A DNA stretch of 64,000 nt, taken from the NCBI GenBank assembly GCA_963676565.1, contig OY781089.1, positions 224,001 through 288,000 of the forward strand, read 5' to 3'. A program made the translations under genes and the position numbers. Origin of the DNA: Halarcobacter sp. (GTDB lineage Bacteria; Campylobacterota; Campylobacteria; Campylobacterales; Arcobacteraceae). This document shows, one piece after another, positions 58,635 to 64,000 of this stretch (within the stretch, counting starts at the first letter, position 1; each line of letters starts with the position of its first letter). The notes beneath the pieces are model-generated. The model ran no database searches and was not told the origin of the DNA. It saw only the letters and a list, made by a program, of their open reading frames with translations.

Positions 58635-59054
58635 ATGACAATAATTGTAGGTTTTGGAAATGATTTAAGAGGTGAAGATGGTTTTGGAATTGATGTAATA
58701 AAAAGATTGCAAAGCTATGATTTACCTAATACCAAATTGATTTCAACCTTTCAATTAACACCAGAATTAAGCCTTGAGTTAAAAGAAGCTACAAAATTGA
58801 TTTTTATTGATGCTACTTTTAACCATAAAGACAATTATTCTTTAGCTTGTAATCTTGAAGAATATAAGTACGACAATTTAAGTCATCATATTAGTATTAG
58901 AACAATTTTAATGATTTTAGAAAGGCTATATGATACTAAACCAGAATATGAACTTTATTCAATGTTTACAAATAATTTAGATGAAATAATTGATGAGAAA
59001 AATTATGAAAAATCTATAAAGGAAGTTGTGCAGTTTTTAAAAACAGTTAACTAA
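58635..59054 (+). CDS. hoxW: Hydrogenase maturation endopeptidase
   Basis: IVGFGNDLRGEDGFG, QLTPEL, IFIDA, SHH; follows hoxH. Confidence 0.85.
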   Translation: MTIIVGFGNDLRGEDGFGIDVIKRLQSYDLPNTKLISTFQLTPELSLELKEATKLIFIDATFNHKDNYSLACNLEEYKYDNLSHHISIRTILMILERLYDTKPEYELYSMFTNNLDEIIDEKNYEKSIKEVVQFLKTVN

Positions 59055-59059
59055 AAAAG

Positions 59060-59905
59060 TTAACTGTTTAGAAATGAATCTTCAACGATTTGAATCTCTT
59101 CTCTTGAGCCAAAATATATTGGTGTAGTTGCATTTATATCTGTAGTTGTCATATCTAAAATACGACCTTTTTTATTAATTGCTCTACCACCTGCTTGCTC
59201 AATTATATAAGCAATAGGGAAGGCTTCAAAGACAGTAAATAGTTTTCCTTCTGGAAAAGATTTAGTTGCAGGAGAAGAGTATAATCCACCTTTTTTAAAT
59301 AAAATTTGGTGAGTATCTAAACATAATGAATCTGAAAATCTTAATCTATAACCTTTGTTAAAAAAACTATCTACTAAAGCTTTGTGTTCAGGTGTCCACT
59401 CAGGAACTAAACCAGCAGTCGAGTTTATTTTCCCAACTTTTTCTAATGTTAAATTATCTTGTTCAATAAACTCCCCATCTTCAAATGAAAAATATTGAAC
59501 TCCATCCATTTTTGAAGCAAATACTAATTGAAAAGTTGGTCCATATGTTACGTAAATTGCTGCTTTTAAATGAAAAGCATCCATTTGTTTTTCATAAATA
59601 CCAAAAATTGAACCCAAAGAAAAGTTTACATCGAGTAAATCAATATTGTCAATTGATACATAACTTACTTTGTATTTTCCTTTTTCATTATTTACTTTTA
59701 AATTTTTGTGTTGTCTTCCAATAAAAGAGTGGATAGATTTTGTTCTTCTAAACTCTCTTTCTATAACGTCTGCACAATAAGATCGAACTTGTTCATTCAT
59801 CTCTTTGTCAGTTAATCCACTTGAAATAAATCTATCACAATCAACAAATACATTTTTTTCTATATCTTCAGCAATATTTGTTATGGCGTTAAAAATAGCT
59901 ATCAT
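59060..59905 (-). CDS. Class I fructose-1,6-bisphosphatase homologue with degenerate catalytic motifs
   Basis: DVNFSLGSIFGIY, YGPT, GYRLR, HQILFKKGG, FEAFPIAYIIEQAGG show the fold; the canonical DPLDGS reads VSIDNI. Confidence 0.8.
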   Translation of the reverse strand: MIAIFNAITNIAEDIEKNVFVDCDRFISSGLTDKEMNEQVRSYCADVIEREFRRTKSIHSFIGRQHKNLKVNNEKGKYKVSYVSIDNIDLLDVNFSLGSIFGIYEKQMDAFHLKAAIYVTYGPTFQLVFASKMDGVQYFSFEDGEFIEQDNLTLEKVGKINSTAGLVPEWTPEHKALVDSFFNKGYRLRFSDSLCLDTHQILFKKGGLYSSPATKSFPEGKLFTVFEAFPIAYIIEQAGGRAINKKGRILDMTTTDINATTPIYFGSREEIQIVEDSFLNS

Positions 59906-59955
59906 TTATTATCCTAAAAACAGTCCCAATTTTGTGGGGACCTTTTATCTTTTTA

Positions 59956-61542
59956 TTAACTTGTTATAAAAGTTCTGAAATTAATAAAATCAAAAATTGA
60001 GTTCTTATACTCTAATTTATCTAATAATTCAAAATCAATATTGTTATTATTTATCATACCAAGTAATTCATTAAAGTTGGATATATGCTCTTTAGTTCTA
60101 TTTTCACTGTACTCAGTAGCTGTAGCAGTTGTCATTAAAAACGCCCAGTCACTACTTTGAGCCAATAATAACTCCCTTAACATTTGAGTTAAAACCCTTG
60201 ATATATTATCATCATCTGTATGGAAATATTCCCGTGCTTTTTCTTCTAAAACATCAGCCATCTCATGAAGATGTCTATATATCCAATCATTTCCTTCATT
60301 AAGCCAAACATCATAATATCCTTTATCTCCCCAAGAGGAAGGATTAGGATTTACAACCTGATTTTTTGGGTACATGTTTAGATATTCTATTGGAGTTACA
60401 GCTTTCATAACTTTGTGTTTATCAATTTCTCTAAACATATTTGCTAAAAACTCTGGACCTTCAAACCACCAATGACCAAAAAGCTCTGCATCATAAGGTG
60501 AAACAACCATTGGCGTTCTATCCATAAGTGACCCTAAATGGTCAAACTGTTTTTCCCTATGCCAGTGAAAATTCTCAGCATGTTGCTTTGTTCTATCTTG
60601 AGCAACCCATGGATTATATGCTTCTTTATAGTCTGTAGTTCCTGTAATCTTATGATATTTAAAACCTGTAAATACTCTAATACCATCTGGATTGATATAA
60701 GGTTTAATATAATCAAAATCAAGGTCATAACCTATATCTCTATAAAAGTCTCTATAATTGAAATCCCCAGGGTATCCCTCTTTTGAACTCCAAACTTGTT
60801 TTGATGATTGTGCATCTCTACCAAATGCTGCACAAGAACTTGGGGTATAAGTTGGAGTATAAACTCCATTTACAGAAGTTGGTCTTCCATATGTTAAGGC
60901 ATGGGAATCAACGATAAAAAACCTTATCCCTTTTTCATTTAGTATTTCATCTAAACCATCATAATAGGCACACTCAGGTAACCAAATACCTTTAGGTTTT
61001 CGTCCAAAATGTTTCTCATGGGATTGAACTGCAATTTCTATTTGTGTTCTAACTGCATGTACATTTACACTTAAAATTGGTAAATATCCATGGGTTGCTC
61101 CACAAGTTATAACTTCTAATGAACCTTTATTATAAAAATATTTATATCCATTTAAAACATTTCCTTCTAAGAAACCTTCAAAAAATTCTTTAGTTTCAAT
61201 AAATAAATCTCTATAAAAATTGGCCAATGGTCCAAAATGACCATCACCCTTTGTTCTTTCAACCTCTTTGTCTCCAAGTTCTATATGTTTATCTAAAAAA
61301 GCTTTATATTTACCCATAAGATGTGAATCCGCTAACATCTCAGCAAGAGGTGGAGTAACAGAAGTAGTAAGTTTAAAATTTACACCATCATCATCTAATT
61401 TTTTTAATCTTTTCAATAAAGGAATATAACACTCGGTGATAGCCTCAAAAAGCCAATGTTCCTCTAAAAAATTCTCATACTGTGGATGCTTTACAAACGG
61501 TAAATGTGAATGTAATACAGGTACCCAATATCCTTTAACCAT
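59956..61542 (-). CDS. GH57 1,4-alpha-glucan branching enzyme (with DUF1957 C-terminus)
   Basis: VLHSHLPFV, EEHWLFEAITECYIPLL, WLPECAY (nucleophile), PYDAELFGHWWFEGP (acid/base), RELLLAQSSDWAF. Confidence 0.92.
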   Translation of the reverse strand: MVKGYWVPVLHSHLPFVKHPQYENFLEEHWLFEAITECYIPLLKRLKKLDDDGVNFKLTTSVTPPLAEMLADSHLMGKYKAFLDKHIELGDKEVERTKGDGHFGPLANFYRDLFIETKEFFEGFLEGNVLNGYKYFYNKGSLEVITCGATHGYLPILSVNVHAVRTQIEIAVQSHEKHFGRKPKGIWLPECAYYDGLDEILNEKGIRFFIVDSHALTYGRPTSVNGVYTPTYTPSSCAAFGRDAQSSKQVWSSKEGYPGDFNYRDFYRDIGYDLDFDYIKPYINPDGIRVFTGFKYHKITGTTDYKEAYNPWVAQDRTKQHAENFHWHREKQFDHLGSLMDRTPMVVSPYDAELFGHWWFEGPEFLANMFREIDKHKVMKAVTPIEYLNMYPKNQVVNPNPSSWGDKGYYDVWLNEGNDWIYRHLHEMADVLEEKAREYFHTDDDNISRVLTQMLRELLLAQSSDWAFLMTTATATEYSENRTKEHISNFNELLGMINNNNIDFELLDKLEYKNSIFDFINFRTFITS

Positions 61543-61593
61543 GTCTTTCCCTTAAATTTTACCCCAATATCTTAGGGCTTAGTTACAAATCTT

Positions 61594-62241
61594 TTATTTT
61601 ACAATTGATGAAGAGCTGAAATTTTGTTTTTCTTCAATCTCATCTATAAAATGTCTAACTTTTTCCATCTCTTCAACATATTTTGCAGAAGACACTCCCT
61701 CATGTGAATGTTCAATTGTACTTCTAATAACTTCTGTCCATCCCATTTTTTTTCTAATCCAAACCTCATCTTCACTACTTGGCAAATTTATCTGTGAAGA
61801 AAAAGTGTGAATTGTATTTGAAGTAATTAATTCAACAAAATCATCCTCTTTTGTTAAACCAACTTTTACATAAACATTCATATTTTCAAAAGGTCTTTTC
61901 ACATAATATTTACCTAAAGCAAATGAAGACTCAAAACTGTAAAGTTCTTGATTGTTTGAATCATAAACTTTAAAATAAAGTTTATCTTTGCCTAAATCAA
62001 TGTTGTTTTTTGATAATGTCTCATCATTAACTTCCCAATACACAAAATACTTTTGAGTATTTACCATCAAGATTCTTAGGGTATCTTTATTGTATCTATC
62101 TGGGATTTCATACTCTTGAACAACTGGTTCTCCCTCTTCTACAAGAGTATCTATAACATGTGATGAACTAGAAAAATCATCTTCTAGTTTCATACTTTCC
62201 TTTACTAAATCATCTGCTTTTGGATTCATCTCTTTCCCCAT
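61594..62241 (-). CDS. DUF4912-domain protein
   Basis: IPDRYNKDTLRILMVNTQKYFVYWEV...ITSNTIHT and terminal SS motifs; commonly found next to GH57 branching enzymes. Confidence 0.75.
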   Translation of the reverse strand: MGKEMNPKADDLVKESMKLEDDFSSSSHVIDTLVEEGEPVVQEYEIPDRYNKDTLRILMVNTQKYFVYWEVNDETLSKNNIDLGKDKLYFKVYDSNNQELYSFESSFALGKYYVKRPFENMNVYVKVGLTKEDDFVELITSNTIHTFSSQINLPSSEDEVWIRKKMGWTEVIRSTIEHSHEGVSSAKYVEEMEKVRHFIDEIEEKQNFSSSSIVK

Positions 62242-62295
62242 TGATTTTTGCTAATATTATATTATAAAAATGTTACAAATTTGTAATAACACTGT

Positions 62296-63912
62296 TTAAA
62301 TATTATCAAATATATTATTTACTATCTCTTGTGCTTCAACTTGTATTTGTTTTAAGTGTTCATTTCCTTTAAAACTTTCCCCATAAATTTTATAAATATC
62401 CTCAGTACCACTTGGTCTAATTGCGAACCAACCATTTTGTGTACTTACTTTTAATCCACCAATTGCAGCGCCATTATCTGCCTTTGTTAAAATCGATTCA
62501 ATTTTTTCACCAGCTAAGGTATCAGCTTTTATATCTTCAGGTTTTAAATTTTTAAGTGCCTTTTTTTGATCGCTATTTGCAACGGCATCTAATCTTCCAT
62601 ATACTGGTTCTCCAAACTTTTCAATTAAATCATCATAATAAAGTCCAGGGTCTTTTTTTGTTTTTGCTAAAATCTCTACGGCTAGAAGATTTAAAATAAT
62701 ACCATCTTTATCTGTACTCCAAGGTTGTCCATTTTTTCTTAAAAATGATGCACCTGCACTCTCTTCTCCACCAAAGAATACCTCTTTTGTACTTAATGGT
62801 TTAACAAACCATTTAAATCCAACTGGTGTTTCAAATACTTTTTTACCATTATCTTTTACAACTCTATCAATCATTGATGAACTAACTAGTGTTTTTCCTA
62901 CACCTAAACCGTCAAATTCTCTATTTTTTGATAAATAATCAATTGCAACAGATAGATAATGATTTGGGTTTAAAAGCCCTTTACTTTTTGTAACAATACC
63001 ATGTCTATCAAAATCTGTATCATTTCCAAAGGCAATATCAAAATCCTCTTTTAAATCAATTAATCCTGCCATTGCATATGGTGAAGAGCAGTCCATTCTA
63101 ATCTTTCCATCTTTGTCACAACACATAAATGAAAATGTAAAATCAGGTGTATCATTAAACACTTCAATATTTAAATCATATTTTTCTTTTATTGCAGTGT
63201 AATAAGCCATTCCTGAACCACCCATAGCATCTGCACCAATTTTTAAATTAGCATCTTTAATAATATCCATATCAATAACATTTACTAAATCATCTACATA
63301 TGGCGTTACAAAATCATATTCAAATAAAAATCCTGATTCTAAGGCACTATCTAAATCCATTAGTTTTACATCTTGTAAATCATTTTTTAAAATCTCATTT
63401 GCCCTTGCTTCAATAACTTTTGTAATAGACTCATCAGCAGGTCCTCCATCACTAAAGTTATATTTAAACCCTCCATCACTTGGAGGATTATGTGATGGAG
63501 TTATTACAATTCCATCAGAGTTTTCATGGCTTAAAATTGCATGGGATATTACAGGAGTTGGTGTATATCCAAAATCTTTAGCATAATAAGTTTTAACACC
63601 ATTTGCAGCTAAAACCTCAAGTGTTGTTCTATGTGCTGGTGTCGATAAAGCATGGGTATCCATCCCCACAAAAAGTTGTGAATGACCTTTTTGCTTATGA
63701 AACTCAGCAACAGCTTGTGCCATTGCCATAATATGCTCTTCATTAAAACTATTTTTAGAAGCACAACCTCTGTGACCTGAAGTTCCAAAACTCACCATAT
63801 GAGCTTCATTCTGTACATCTGGAACTTTCGTATAATAATCACTTATTAGTTGTGGTATGTTTTCTAAAATTGATTTTGGCGCCTTTTTCCCTGCAAATTC
63901 ATGTAATCCCAT
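62296..63912 (-). CDS. pgm: Phosphoglucomutase (alpha-D-glucose phosphate-specific)
   Basis: FGTSGHRG, TPSHNPP phosphoserine loop, DTDFDRHG, GEESAGASF, RPSGTEDIYKIY. Confidence 0.95.
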   Translation of the reverse strand: MGLHEFAGKKAPKSILENIPQLISDYYTKVPDVQNEAHMVSFGTSGHRGCASKNSFNEEHIMAMAQAVAEFHKQKGHSQLFVGMDTHALSTPAHRTTLEVLAANGVKTYYAKDFGYTPTPVISHAILSHENSDGIVITPSHNPPSDGGFKYNFSDGGPADESITKVIEARANEILKNDLQDVKLMDLDSALESGFLFEYDFVTPYVDDLVNVIDMDIIKDANLKIGADAMGGSGMAYYTAIKEKYDLNIEVFNDTPDFTFSFMCCDKDGKIRMDCSSPYAMAGLIDLKEDFDIAFGNDTDFDRHGIVTKSKGLLNPNHYLSVAIDYLSKNREFDGLGVGKTLVSSSMIDRVVKDNGKKVFETPVGFKWFVKPLSTKEVFFGGEESAGASFLRKNGQPWSTDKDGIILNLLAVEILAKTKKDPGLYYDDLIEKFGEPVYGRLDAVANSDQKKALKNLKPEDIKADTLAGEKIESILTKADNGAAIGGLKVSTQNGWFAIRPSGTEDIYKIYGESFKGNEHLKQIQVEAQEIVNNIFDNI

Positions 63913-63934
63913 TTGTTCTCCCTATAATTGATTT

Positions 63935-64000
63935 TTATCTATACATTTTTTCGTAATATTCATTTGCCATTCGTCCAGATTCAAATGCTGGTATAACGTC
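63935..64000 (-). CDS. glgP: C-terminal end of a probable alpha-glucan (glycogen) phosphorylase, truncated by window edge
   Basis: Minus-strand frame reads DVIPAFESGRMANEYYEKMYR*; F..xRM..EY...Y is the phosphorylase C-terminal motif; lies upstream of pgm. Only 21 residues are visible. Confidence 0.6.
   Translation of the reverse strand, partial: DVIPAFESGRMANEYYEKMYR

Overview
AT-rich chromosomal window whose gene content and protein style point to Campylobacterota, most likely Arcobacteraceae (inference). In order: the 3' end of flgI and fliM; pyrC; a nitrogen-control island (two amtB, two PII genes, a PglG-like membrane protein, a degenerate NtrC/Fis-type regulator, glnD) carrying three exact copies of a 17-bp palindrome; an uncharacterised five-gene operon of DUF2589/Trypco-like paralogues (10.4-12.6 kb, the best candidate for an undescribed system); a MerR-family gene plus aas with twin operators; two paralogous orphan proteins flanking a pseudo-receiver response regulator; a PepSY-TM gene and rarD; an arsenic-resistance cluster containing a 125-bp hairpin element; a Cache histidine kinase; tkt; a 4249-aa five-vWA adhesin with its type I secretion operon (TolC-SPOR fusion, ankyrin/ZorB-like lipoprotein, WG-repeat lipoprotein, sensorless kinase, OmpR-type regulator); a HoxEFUYHW bidirectional [NiFe]-hydrogenase; and a convergent alpha-glucan cluster (phosphorylase 3' end, pgm, DUF4912, GH57 branching enzyme, catalytically degenerate FBPase). 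No rRNA, tRNA, CRISPR array, transposase or integrase was recognised. All family calls come from motif recognition by eye, not database searches.
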